From: an uncultured Candidatus Sumerlaeota bacterium
GTDB lineage: Bacteria; Sumerlaeota; Sumerlaeia; MVZB01; JAJFLK01
Assembly (NCBI GenBank): GCA_964598765.1
Contig: CAZRCZ010000003.1
Coordinates: 152,423 to 216,422 of the forward strand
Length of the DNA: 64,000 nt
Direction: 5' to 3'
Positions 50,839 to 60,028 of the stretch are shown here, in pieces; position 1 is the stretch's first letter; every line of letters starts with the position of its first letter. The notes below the pieces were generated by a model. It was given only the letters and a program-made list of their open reading frames with translations. It searched no databases and had not been told where the DNA came from. Made by a program: the position numbers and the translations under genes.

Positions 50839-53310
50839 ATGGTCCAAGCAAGAAAACTCGGATTTGTCGTTCACCTTCTTATTTTCCTTTTTGTCCGCGG
50901 CTCTGCGCTCGCGGGGAATGAAATTCGGTTGCCGCTTCCCTGCGTTGACGCGCCCGTGGACGTGATCCTCGACGAACACGCGATTCCGCATGTTTACGCC
51001 AAGAGCATCGAAGACGCCTATCGCGCGATCGGGTATCTCCAAGCTAAGGATCGGCTTTTGCAGATGGAGCTTTTTCGCAGAACCGCGCAAGGGCGAATGG
51101 CGGAGTTGCAGGGAGACGAGGCATTCGAGCAGGATCTTCTCACCCGTCAACTCGATTTGCGCGGAAGTTCAGAACAGGCGATCAAGACGGGAATTCTCGG
51201 CGAGGAGGTCAACCGGCAACTTGAGGCATTCGCGCAAGGAGTGAACGCGCGCCTTGAAGAACTCAAAACCGAGGAGGGAAAGAAAAGTTTGCCTCCGATG
51301 ATCCGTCTCCTCGGATTGACAATCGCTCCGTGGTCGCCGGTGGATAGCGTCAGCCTCTCCAAATACATGGCTTGGGACCAGCAGGGAACGGACAGCGATT
51401 TGTGGTTCGGGATGATGGTGGAAAAACTCGGCGTGGACGCCGCCGAGGAGCTTTGGCCGTTGGATCGTCCCTACGAGCTACCGATAGTGCCCGATTGGCC
51501 GAATAAAAAAACGCCGCTTCCGAACCGCCCGACCGCAAGCTTGAAGTCGGATGCGGAAGTTCTGCTCGCATTGAATCAAGGGAAACCCTTCTCAACCGAT
51601 TACATGGACTTGTTTCATCATCTTGAAAGCGGAGGTTTGATGCGAATCGGCACGGCGTTTGGAAGCAATAACTGGGTCATTTCCGGCTCGAAAAGCGCGA
51701 CCGGCAAGCCGATCCTTTGCAACGATCCGCATCTCCCTTTGACGATTCCCTCGATTTGGTATGCCGCGCACATCGTCGCGCCCGGACTGAACGTGACCGG
51801 CGTCACGTTTCCCGGTTCGCCCTACGTCGTCATCGGACACAGCGAGTGCGCCGCTTGGGGCATGACCAACATGGAAGCCGACGCCGTGGATTATTACATC
51901 GAGACCGTCAATCCCGACAATCCGAAGCAATACAAACACAAGGGGCAATGGAAGGAATTCTCCGAGCGAAGAGAAATTATTGCCGTTCGGGGTCAATCTC
52001 CGCGCGAGATCACAGTTCGGGCAACGGTTCACGGTCCGGTCGTCCGGAGCGGCGAGAAATCGGGCGGCAAGACAATCACGCTCTGCTGGGCGGGATTGGG
52101 GCCTACCGCCGAAGTTCGCTCGGTGGCGATGCTCGGAACCTGCAAGAATCTCGACGACGCGACCAAAGCTCGTCATTACCTCCAAGTTCCCGCGCTCAAC
52201 ACAATCTACGCCGACGTGGACGGCAATATCGCCATCACGCCGCACGGTAGTTTGCCCATGCGAGCGCGCGGGACGGGACGCATCCCGATGGACGGCGCTT
52301 CGGGCGATTACGATTGGCTCGGTTACATTCCAGACGAGGAACTTCCGATCTCGGTCAATCCCGCGCGCGGATTTCTTCTTAGCGCCAATGCGCGGCCTCA
52401 TCCGGTCGGCTACCCGCATTACCTCGGTTGGATGTGGTGCTACAGTTATCGCACGCGCCGGATTTACGACATGCTATCTTCAAAGGAGAAAATCAGTTTT
52501 GAGGACATGGAGCGATTTCAATTCGACGCGCACGACAAATGCGCGGAGCGGTTTATTCCAGTCCTTGTCGCCGCGTTCGACCACGCCCCCTACGGCGACG
52601 CCGTCGCGAAGAAGGCCATGGACCTGCTCCGCGATTGGGATTTCGTCTGCGATCCCGTCAAACCGCAACCGACGATTTACATGGAATGGTTCAGCGCGTA
52701 TCGCCATGCGGTTTGGGACGACGAATGGAAATCGCGCGGAATTGAGCAACCTGCCGGGGGTTGGGGTTACGACGAGGATAACCGGCGCGAGCCGATGCTC
52801 GACGTGCTGGAATATCTGACGCTCGAAAAACCTGAATCGGCGTGGTTCGACGACAAAACCACCCCGGAGCATGAAGCCCGCGATGATATTTTCCGCCTTT
52901 CTTTTACCGCCGCTATTGAAAAGCTGAAGAAAGAACGCGGCGACGATCCGGCCAAGTGGCTCTGGGGTGCGGTGAATCGGCTCGCATTGAGGCCGCTGAA
53001 TCTCAACCAAACTCCTCGCGGTGGAATGGAAATTCTCGGATCGCCCTTCACGGTCAATCCGGGAGGTCGCGGAGGTCCCGTCGCCGACGGCGCGTCGTGG
53101 CGGCAGATCGTGGAGTTGGGCAATCCCGCCCACGCGGTTGGCGTCTATCCCGGAGGTCAGAGCGAAAATCTTTCCAGCCCGCACTATGACGACATGGTGG
53201 ATTTGTGGGTGAAGGGGAAGTATGTCCCCCTGTATTTCTATAGCGCTCCGGGAGAATTCCCTGTGGTTGAAGCAAATGAACGGATCAATTTCACTCCGAG
53301 CAAACCATGA
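50839..53310 (+). CDS. Penicillin/AHL acylase family protein (Ntn hydrolase, peptidase S45)
   Basis: 'DEHAIPHVYAKSIEDAYRAIGYLQAKDRLLQMEL' and the autoprocessing site 'GSNNWVISGSKSATGKPILCNDPHL'. ATG at 50839 gives a signal peptide. Confidence 0.85.
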   Translation: MVQARKLGFVVHLLIFLFVRGSALAGNEIRLPLPCVDAPVDVILDEHAIPHVYAKSIEDAYRAIGYLQAKDRLLQMELFRRTAQGRMAELQGDEAFEQDLLTRQLDLRGSSEQAIKTGILGEEVNRQLEAFAQGVNARLEELKTEEGKKSLPPMIRLLGLTIAPWSPVDSVSLSKYMAWDQQGTDSDLWFGMMVEKLGVDAAEELWPLDRPYELPIVPDWPNKKTPLPNRPTASLKSDAEVLLALNQGKPFSTDYMDLFHHLESGGLMRIGTAFGSNNWVISGSKSATGKPILCNDPHLPLTIPSIWYAAHIVAPGLNVTGVTFPGSPYVVIGHSECAAWGMTNMEADAVDYYIETVNPDNPKQYKHKGQWKEFSERREIIAVRGQSPREITVRATVHGPVVRSGEKSGGKTITLCWAGLGPTAEVRSVAMLGTCKNLDDATKARHYLQVPALNTIYADVDGNIAITPHGSLPMRARGTGRIPMDGASGDYDWLGYIPDEELPISVNPARGFLLSANARPHPVGYPHYLGWMWCYSYRTRRIYDMLSSKEKISFEDMERFQFDAHDKCAERFIPVLVAAFDHAPYGDAVAKKAMDLLRDWDFVCDPVKPQPTIYMEWFSAYRHAVWDDEWKSRGIEQPAGGWGYDEDNRREPMLDVLEYLTLEKPESAWFDDKTTPEHEARDDIFRLSFTAAIEKLKKERGDDPAKWLWGAVNRLALRPLNLNQTPRGGMEILGSPFTVNPGGRGGPVADGASWRQIVELGNPAHAVGVYPGGQSENLSSPHYDDMVDLWVKGKYVPLYFYSAPGEFPVVEANERINFTPSKP

Positions 53311-53463
53311 GACGATGAATATCTCTGCGGTCTCCGCGCGTCGGCGTGAAAATTTCTTCGTGTTCGTACGGCGCAATTTGGGAGCGGCGAGATTTTTTCA
53401 GCTTGACCTCCGTCCCCGTCGCATCTAAAAGTTTTACCTACATTTATCCTCAGGGGGGAGAAA

Positions 53464-54591
53464 ATGAACTTCGATTTTTCGAATGAGCAAAAATCAATCA
53501 AGGATCAGGCGCGCCGCTTTTTGAAGGAGCGTTGCACCTCCGAAGTCATTCGTCGGGTCTTGGAGGGGGAGGAACCGTTCGCCCGCGAAATATGGAAAAC
53601 GGTGATCGAATTGGGATGGACAGGAGCGGCGATTCCCGAAACCTACGGCGGCATCGGATTGGGTTATCTCGAACTTTGCGTCATTGCCGAGGAATTGGGC
53701 CGCGCCATCACGCCGGTTCCTTTTTCGTCCTCGGTTTATCTTGCGAGCGAAGCGATTCTTTCGGCGGGCAATGAGGAGCAAAAGCAAAAGTATCTTCCCA
53801 AATTGGCGGCGGGGAAAATGATCGGAACGCTTGCCATTGCGGAGGGTGCGCAACCGACGCTCGGAACCAACATCAAGACGGTTCTGCATGGGAACAAGGT
53901 CAGCGGCGCGAAGGTTCCGGTTTCCGATGGAACCGTCGCCGATTTCGCCATCGTCGCGACGGGCAAGGAACAATCCAACGGAGGCGGGGCGATTTCGCTC
54001 GCGGTGGTTGATCTCAAGGGATCGGGCGTCTCGCGCGAGTTGGTCCGAACCATGGATCCGACCCGGCCTCACGCCAAGATTGTATTCGATGGAGCGGAAG
54101 CCGAGCCGCTGGGCAATTCCGGTGAAGGATCAAAAATCCTCGATCGGGTTTTCAATCGCGCCGCCGTCCTGACGGCGATGGAACAACTGGGCGGAGCCGA
54201 TGCTTGTCTTGCGATGGCGCAAGATTACGCGCGCAATCGTTACGCCTTCGGCCGTCCCGTCGGATCGTTTCAGGCGATCAAACACAAACTGGCCGACATG
54301 TATATCAAGAATGAACTGGCGCGATCCAACTGCCACTACGGCGCGTGGGCGCTTTCGAGCGACGCGCCCGAACTGCCGACGGCTTCCGCTTCGGCGCGGA
54401 TCGCCGCGACCGAGGCGTTCGAATTTGCCGCCAAGGAAAATATCCAAACCCACGGCGGCAACGGATTCACTTGGGAATACGACTGCCACCTTTATTATCG
54501 CCGGTCCAAACTCCTTGCGCTTTCCCTTGGAGGATTGAGCGCGTGGAAGTCGCGGCTGATTGACCGGCTCGAAGCCCGGTCCGCCGCCTAA
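53464..54591 (+). CDS. Acyl-CoA dehydrogenase
   Basis: 'MNFDFSNEQKSIKDQARRFLKE', 'YAFGRPVGSFQAIKHKLADM' and 'IQTHGGNGFTWEYDCHLYYRRSK'. RBS 'ggggggag' lies upstream. Confidence 0.9.
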   Translation: MNFDFSNEQKSIKDQARRFLKERCTSEVIRRVLEGEEPFAREIWKTVIELGWTGAAIPETYGGIGLGYLELCVIAEELGRAITPVPFSSSVYLASEAILSAGNEEQKQKYLPKLAAGKMIGTLAIAEGAQPTLGTNIKTVLHGNKVSGAKVPVSDGTVADFAIVATGKEQSNGGGAISLAVVDLKGSGVSRELVRTMDPTRPHAKIVFDGAEAEPLGNSGEGSKILDRVFNRAAVLTAMEQLGGADACLAMAQDYARNRYAFGRPVGSFQAIKHKLADMYIKNELARSNCHYGAWALSSDAPELPTASASARIAATEAFEFAAKENIQTHGGNGFTWEYDCHLYYRRSKLLALSLGGLSAWKSRLIDRLEARSAA

Positions 54592-54662
54592 TAATTAATT
54601 CCTCTTACCCCTCTCCCAGTTAGGGAGAGGGCAGGGTGAGGGTAAACGAAAGGACAACGTCA

Positions 54663-55898
54663 ATGGATTTCAATGACACCCCCGAAGAAGCGCAATTTCG
54701 CGCCGAAGTCTGGGCATGGCTCGATAAAAACGCCCCGCGCAAAGACGGCCGCTCGCGCATTCCGCGCGCCGGCGGAGAGCACGAGGCCGAGGAACTCAGA
54801 CGCGCCAAGGAATGGCAGGCGTGCAAGGCTGACGGCGGTTGGTCCTGCATTCATTGGCCGAAAAAATACGGCGGACGCGGCGGTTCGCTCATGCAAAGCG
54901 TGATTTACAACATGGAGGAGGAAAATTACTCCATCCCGCGCGGCTATTTCGAGATCGGCCTCGGCATGTGCGGGCCGACGATGATGGCCTTTGCCACGGA
55001 AGAGCAAAAGCAACGCTACCTGCCGAAAATGATTCGCGGCGAGGAGATTTGGTGCCAACTTTTCTCCGAACCCGCCGCCGGATCGGACTTGGCCGGACTC
55101 CGCACCAAAGCCGAGCGCGACGGCAACGATTGGATCATTAACGGACAAAAAGTCTGGACCTCCGGCGCGCACTTTTCCGATTACGGCATTCTCGTCACGC
55201 GCCACGATTCAAAAATTCCCAAACACAAGGGACTCACTTTTTTCTTTATTGACATGCGCGCGCCGGGCGTCGAGGTGCGCCGCATCAAGCAAATCTCCGG
55301 CGATTCGCATTTCTGCGAGGTCTTCTTCAAGGATTTGCGCGTTCCCGACACGCAACGGCTCGGAGCCGTGGGGCAAGGCTGGCAGGTCTCTCTGACGACG
55401 CTCATGAACGAGCGCCTCGCCGCGGGCCGGTTGCCCGGCGCGGACATCGAGGAACTTTTGGAACTGGTGCGCGGGATTCAACTGGAGGACGGTCTCGCGA
55501 TCAAGAATCCCGCCGTGCGCGAAAAACTCGCCGATTGGTATGTGCAAAACGAGGGATTGCGCCACACGATCAACCGGATCATGACAGCCCTTTCGCGCGG
55601 ACAGATGCCCGGCCCCGAGGCTTCGATTCTCAAGGTTGTCACGGCGAATAAGCTTCAAGAGATCGCCTCGTTCGGAACCGATCTTCAAGACATGGGGGGC
55701 ATCTTGATGGACGACGACCAAGCGCAAATGCAGGGACTTTTTCAATTGTCGTTCCTGATGACCCCCGGTTTCCGCATCGCGGGAGGAACGGACGAAATTC
55801 TTCGCAACATCATCGCCGAGCGCGTCTTGGGTCTTCCCGGCGACATCCGAGTTGACAAAGACGTTCCGTTTAACGAATTGCCCACGGGCAAAGTATAG
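54663..55898 (+). CDS. Acyl-CoA dehydrogenase (FadE-like)
   Basis: 'MDFNDTPEEAQFRAEVWAWL', 'WCQLFSEPAAGSDLAGLRTKAERDGNDWIINGQKVWTSGA' and 'GGTDEILRNIIAERVLGLP'. Confidence 0.9.
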   Translation: MDFNDTPEEAQFRAEVWAWLDKNAPRKDGRSRIPRAGGEHEAEELRRAKEWQACKADGGWSCIHWPKKYGGRGGSLMQSVIYNMEEENYSIPRGYFEIGLGMCGPTMMAFATEEQKQRYLPKMIRGEEIWCQLFSEPAAGSDLAGLRTKAERDGNDWIINGQKVWTSGAHFSDYGILVTRHDSKIPKHKGLTFFFIDMRAPGVEVRRIKQISGDSHFCEVFFKDLRVPDTQRLGAVGQGWQVSLTTLMNERLAAGRLPGADIEELLELVRGIQLEDGLAIKNPAVREKLADWYVQNEGLRHTINRIMTALSRGQMPGPEASILKVVTANKLQEIASFGTDLQDMGGILMDDDQAQMQGLFQLSFLMTPGFRIAGGTDEILRNIIAERVLGLPGDIRVDKDVPFNELPTGKV

Positions 55899-55915
55899 TA
55901 TCCATCATGCATGCG

Positions 55916-55937
55916 GCACAGCCGCGCCCGGCTGTGC
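55916..55937. terminator. Possible bidirectional stem-loop between convergent genes (no U-tract)
   Basis: 'gcacagcc gcgccc ggctgtgc' has an 8-bp GC-rich stem. It lies between the stops at 55898 (+) and 55941 (-). Confidence 0.3.
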
Positions 55938-55940
55938 AAA

Positions 55941-57368
55941 TTATCGCCGCCGCGTCGCGGGTTGGGTCGCGCTCGAATTTTGGGTCTGCGGTTGCGCCGT
56001 CGCCGCCGCTCCGCGATGGAGAATTGACGATCGGATGTTGATCGAAAAGACATAAGCGCGTCCGGACTCCAAAGCCCCGCCATCTTCGTCACTCGCTCCA
56101 ATGATGATTCCGGGATGCCCCCGAGCCGGAGCACTGGAGGTTCCGCTGACTGAAGAGCCGAACCTTCCGCCTTGCTTCGGATTGGGGGAGGCGACAGTTT
56201 GAAGAAGCAAACCCGTTGCGCCGCTAAAAAGATAGATGTGACCTTCCTGAGAATAGGTCGGTCCGTTTTCGATCATGGCGCCGACGAGGACGTCTCCGCG
56301 CCTGTCACCGTCAATGTCGCCAACTCCGGCAACCGAGATACTGAAGCCGGTGGCCGATGCGGGTTGAGCCGAAGGCGATTGTAGCGCGTGGAGCAAGGCA
56401 CCGGTCGAGCCGTTGAAAACATACGCGATTCCTTCATTACCCGTTCCCACAACGACGTCGCCACCTCCATCGCCGTCAACGTCGGGAATTCCGGAGACTG
56501 ACCAGCCGAAATTTCCCCTGTCGAGCGGGTTCGGAGACACCAGCTTTACGAGCAGAGATCCATCCGTCCCATCGAAAATGTAGGCCGCGCCAGCCTCCAC
56601 GTAAGTGGTGTCCTCCCTCGGCGCTCCCACAATAAGTTCATTGAAGCCATCGTTATTGACGTCCGGCACCTGCGCGATGGACGACCCAAATGCAACGTCT
56701 CCCCCAACATACCACGGGGCTTCGATCTGTCGCATCAAACTACCGTCGCCGCCGCTGAAGAGATAGACGCGTCCCCAACCGCTGGCGTAGGTGGTTTCTT
56801 CGGGGGCGCCAACCGCAAAATCGCCCAATCCATCTCCATCCAAATCGGCCAATCCCGTTACGGAACCGCCAAAAAAGCCGTAAGCTTGGATATTGGGAGA
56901 CTGGAGCGAGTAGAGAAGCGTTCCCATGTTCCCGCTGAAAACGTAAACCCTTCCGGCGGCTCGTCCACCCTCCGGTTGTTCTCCGGGCGCGCCAATGACC
57001 ACATCGCCGCGCCGATCCGCGTTGAGGTCGGGAATCCCGGAGACCGAAGCGCCGAATGCGCCTTCCTTCTCGGGAGTTGGAGATTGAAGCGTCCACAACA
57101 CTCTCCCCGAGGCTCCGCTGAGAATGTAAGCCCGTCCCTGAAGGTTCGCGAATGGATCATTGATTGGTTTTTCGCCTACGGCGCCGACCACAGTGTCCGG
57201 CCGTCCATCCCCGTTGACGTCCGGCACACCGGAGACCGAAAATCCGAACATGCCCGATCTGGTGGGATTGGGGGACAATAGATTTAGCACGCGTGCCGCG
57301 CCGCCTCCCGCGCCTATCAAGCCGATTCCCACGAGCGCAAACCAAAGATAAAAGCTCCGGCGATTCAT
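55941..57368 (-). CDS. FG-GAP (integrin-alpha-like) repeat protein, secreted
   Basis: Repeated 'FG.SVSG.PD.NGDG..D.VVGAP' units followed by 'GR.Y.FSG..G' (at least 7 copies). ATG at 57368 gives the TM/signal segment 'FYLWFALVGIGLIGAGG'. Confidence 0.8.
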   Translation of the reverse strand: MNRRSFYLWFALVGIGLIGAGGGAARVLNLLSPNPTRSGMFGFSVSGVPDVNGDGRPDTVVGAVGEKPINDPFANLQGRAYILSGASGRVLWTLQSPTPEKEGAFGASVSGIPDLNADRRGDVVIGAPGEQPEGGRAAGRVYVFSGNMGTLLYSLQSPNIQAYGFFGGSVTGLADLDGDGLGDFAVGAPEETTYASGWGRVYLFSGGDGSLMRQIEAPWYVGGDVAFGSSIAQVPDVNNDGFNELIVGAPREDTTYVEAGAAYIFDGTDGSLLVKLVSPNPLDRGNFGWSVSGIPDVDGDGGGDVVVGTGNEGIAYVFNGSTGALLHALQSPSAQPASATGFSISVAGVGDIDGDRRGDVLVGAMIENGPTYSQEGHIYLFSGATGLLLQTVASPNPKQGGRFGSSVSGTSSAPARGHPGIIIGASDEDGGALESGRAYVFSINIRSSILHRGAAATAQPQTQNSSATQPATRRR

Positions 57369-57717
57369 GGGGCGATTTCCCTTTCCGCAAGTTGTGGCAT
57401 GGGCATCTTGCCCATGAAACTCAGGCCGATGAGTGGATGACATACGACATGGTCTCCTTAAAGATTGTTTGAGCGCGAGGGACGTCTCCGCGCCTCAAAT
57501 CGGCAGTAAACTTTTCAGTTCCGAAACGACTCTGCTCTTCCTCATATGTCATGTCGCCGGAGGCGTCAACTTGAAGACAATGGGATGAACAAAAAATCTT
57601 TCGGGTTCCTGCCTCTACTTACAATAAACGGCTGAGGAGGATAAATTTCGCACAAGGAAATGAAATTTTTTCAAAATCGTTTTACCCCACAATCGTCAAA
57701 AAATTGACTCTTGTTTT

Positions 57718-57820
57718 TCTTCATCTTTCTCCTTCTCATCCTCCTTCTCCTTCTCCACAATGGGGTATGATTTGATTTTATGGAGAACGAGAAGGAGAAT
57801 GAGTAGGAAGGGAAGAAGGA
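57718..57820. repeat. Hairpin repeat ('gagaagga' type) ending at the start codon of 57821-59287
   Basis: The pyrimidine arm 'tcttcatctttctccttctcatcctccttctccttctcc' is complementary to the purine arm 'ggagaacgagaaggagaatgagtaggaagggaagaagga'. Confidence 0.85.
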
Positions 57821-59287
57821 TTGGATACGCAATCAAATCTCGGCGCGGTTAATCCGAAGCCTTCCGCCGCCGGAATTATTCTGAGCGGCGGCGACGAGCC
57901 GCGCGTTCTTTTGGTCCGCCGGAGCGCGAAACTCCGCTTCATGGGAGGGCATCATGCTTTCCCCGGCGGGCGGATTGATCCGAACGAAGGGACGGCGAAC
58001 GTGGTCGGCGCGACGGATGAGGAGCAGGCGCGCGCGATTCACGCCTTGGCGCGGGAGATTTTCGAGGAGACCGGCCTTTTGCTCGCGCAAGGTTCACTCC
58101 CGTCACGCGAGGTAATTCGAGAGGCGCGATTGCGATTGCTGGAAGAAAATGAAAGCTTCGACCGGATTTTGGAAAAGTGGAGCCTCAAAATCGCCGCCGA
58201 AGAATTCTTGCCCGCCGGAGTCTGGATCACGCCGGAGGGGAGTCCGATCCGGTTTCATGCGCGATATTATCTCCATCACCATCGCGGCGACGACGAGCCG
58301 GAGACGATCACGGGAGAGATAGACCGGATTGATTGGCTAGGACCGCGCGAAGCGAGACGTCTCTGGCGCGAAGGCTCGATTCAAATTCCGGCTCCCGTCG
58401 CCTACGTCCTGCAACAGCTCGCGCAGTTTCCATTTCCCGAAGTCATGCCCCATTTGCGCCGGACGACGCACGTTTCCCCTGCGAATCCGGGACGGATCGA
58501 ATATCAGTGCGGCGTTTACGTTTTGCCGCTCCTGACGCCGACGCTCAGGCCGGCGACCCACACCAATTGCGTCGTCATCGGCGAGCGCGAATTTTACGTG
58601 ATTGATCCCGCGACGCCGATTCCCGACGAACAAAAGAATCTCAAAATCCAGTTGGATCATTTGTTGGAGGCCGGAGGCAAAATCGCCGCGGTTCTTCTCA
58701 CCCACAGCCACATTGACCATGTCGGGGCGGCGGAATTGGTTCGCAAGGAATACGGCGCGCCGGTCTGGGCGCACAAGGCCGTCGCGCCGCAGGTGAAATT
58801 CACGATTGACCGTTTTTTGGAGCACGACGAAATCATTCGCGTCGCGGGGGATCCCGATTGGCGGTTGCGCTGTCTCCACACCCCCGGCCATGATCCGGGG
58901 CATCTCTGTTTCCTCGAAGAAACGACGCGGACCCTGATGGCGGGAGACATGATCGCCGAGCGGGGAACGATCGTCATTTCGCCTGATTACAGCGGCGATA
59001 TGACGCAATATCTCGAAAGCCTCGAACTGCTCTTGCGTGAGGATTACGACGTGATGCTTCCCGCGCACGGCCTCGCGCTGTTTAATCCCAAAGAAAAAGT
59101 GCGCGAATACATCGGTCACCGGCTGGATCGGGAAAAAAAAATTCAGGCGGCGCTCGATGAAGGCAAGAAGGAAATGAAGGAACTGCTGGCGACGGCCTAC
59201 GCCGACGTGCCGAAGGAAGTGTGGCCGCTCGCCGAGCACAGCCTTCGGGCGCATCTGGTCCGACTCGGATTCCCGAAGCAAGAATGA
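57821..59287 (+). CDS. NUDIX hydrolase domain fused to an MBL-fold metallo-hydrolase domain
   Basis: Nudix box 'GGRIDPNEG...AIHALAREIFEETGL'. MBL motif 'LLTHSHIDHVGAA' and 'HTPGHDPGH'. TTG start at 57821; there is no in-frame ATG upstream of the Nudix fold. Confidence 0.8.
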   Translation: MDTQSNLGAVNPKPSAAGIILSGGDEPRVLLVRRSAKLRFMGGHHAFPGGRIDPNEGTANVVGATDEEQARAIHALAREIFEETGLLLAQGSLPSREVIREARLRLLEENESFDRILEKWSLKIAAEEFLPAGVWITPEGSPIRFHARYYLHHHRGDDEPETITGEIDRIDWLGPREARRLWREGSIQIPAPVAYVLQQLAQFPFPEVMPHLRRTTHVSPANPGRIEYQCGVYVLPLLTPTLRPATHTNCVVIGEREFYVIDPATPIPDEQKNLKIQLDHLLEAGGKIAAVLLTHSHIDHVGAAELVRKEYGAPVWAHKAVAPQVKFTIDRFLEHDEIIRVAGDPDWRLRCLHTPGHDPGHLCFLEETTRTLMAGDMIAERGTIVISPDYSGDMTQYLESLELLLREDYDVMLPAHGLALFNPKEKVREYIGHRLDREKKIQAALDEGKKEMKELLATAYADVPKEVWPLAEHSLRAHLVRLGFPKQE

Positions 59288-59340
59288 ACATTGTCAACTA
59301 ACCACCAAGACACCAAGAATCCTTCTACCATCGAATTGCA

Positions 59341-59476
59341 GATGCCAAGTGGCATCGGCGGACGCCAACGGCGTCCCGGATTAAAGCCCAAGGCTGGCGC
59401 AACGCGCCTACCTTGGGTCGGGGTATACAAGATTTTTCGCAACCCCAAGGCGGGTTGCGGAATCCCTTTGTGCTGA
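59341..59476. repeat. Composite multi-hairpin repeat (modules ggacgcc/ggcgtcc, cccaagg/ccttggg, gcaaccc/gggttgc)
   Basis: Module order and sequence are shared with 62216-62330, e.g. 'ggacgcca.cggcgtcccgga..aaagcccaagg' and 'cgcaaccccaa..gcgggttgcg.aat'. Confidence 0.85.
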
Positions 59477-59480
59477 GTCC

Positions 59481-59534
59481 AAAAAAAAAATTCCGAACCG
59501 GGAACAAGGGGTTGGAGGTTTGTTCCCGGCTCGG
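59481..59534 (-). terminator. Rho-independent terminator of the amt-glnK operon
   Basis: Minus strand reads 'ccgagccgggaacaa-acctccaacccc-ttgttcccggttcgg-aa-tttttttttt'. The stem is 15 bp with one G-U pair and is followed by T10. It lies about 70 nt after the glnK stop. Confidence 0.85.
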
Positions 59535-59602
59535 CACGTGGAGGAGAACGAAGGGACCAATTGGAGGGTTGTGGGTTGAATCGGTCCCTTCGGAATGAAG
59601 TA

Positions 59603-59941
59603 TCAAAGCGCGTTGTCGTCGGTTTCGCCGGTCCGGATGCGGATGGCCTTGCCGACGTCCATCACGAAGACCTTGCCGTCGCCGATACTTCCGGTTCGGG
59701 CGGTCTTGATGATGGTGTCGCACACCCCGGCGACGTCCTCGTCCTTAACCACGGCTTCGAGGGTCATCTTGGGGAGGAAATGGATCTCATATTCCGCCCC
59801 GCGATAGATTTCCTTGTGCCCCTTTTGACGGCCAAACCCTTGGGCTTGATAGACCGTCATGCCGGGGACTCCCTTCTGTTGAAGGGCGTCGCGCACGGCG
59901 TCGAGACGGTGAGGTTGAATGATGGCGCGGATCAGTTTCAT
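59603..59941 (-). CDS. glnK: Nitrogen regulatory protein P-II
   Basis: 112 aa: 'MKLIRAIIQPHRLDAVRDAL...GFGRQKGHKEIYRGAEY' (T-loop) and 'TGSIGDGKVFV'. Directly downstream of the amt gene. Confidence 0.92.
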   Translation of the reverse strand: MKLIRAIIQPHRLDAVRDALQQKGVPGMTVYQAQGFGRQKGHKEIYRGAEYEIHFLPKMTLEAVVKDEDVAGVCDTIIKTARTGSIGDGKVFVMDVGKAIRIRTGETDDNAL

Positions 59942-60028
59942 GGTTGTTGTCCTTTGCTTTGTTTTTCAAGTCGTGTTTTGCGTTCGTTTAGTTTTTAACC
60001 ACCCGGCATTCTACAAGAAACCGGGGCA

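Noticed and set aside
57397-57417. Sigma-54 promoter-like 'tggcatgggcatcttgc' near the FG-GAP gene
   Set aside because: The GG-to-GC spacing is two nt longer than the TGGCAC-N5-TTGC consensus, and the sequence is on the wrong strand for the adjacent minus-strand gene. It is instead a perfect small palindrome ('catgggca-tct-tgcccatg'), probably another repeat module.
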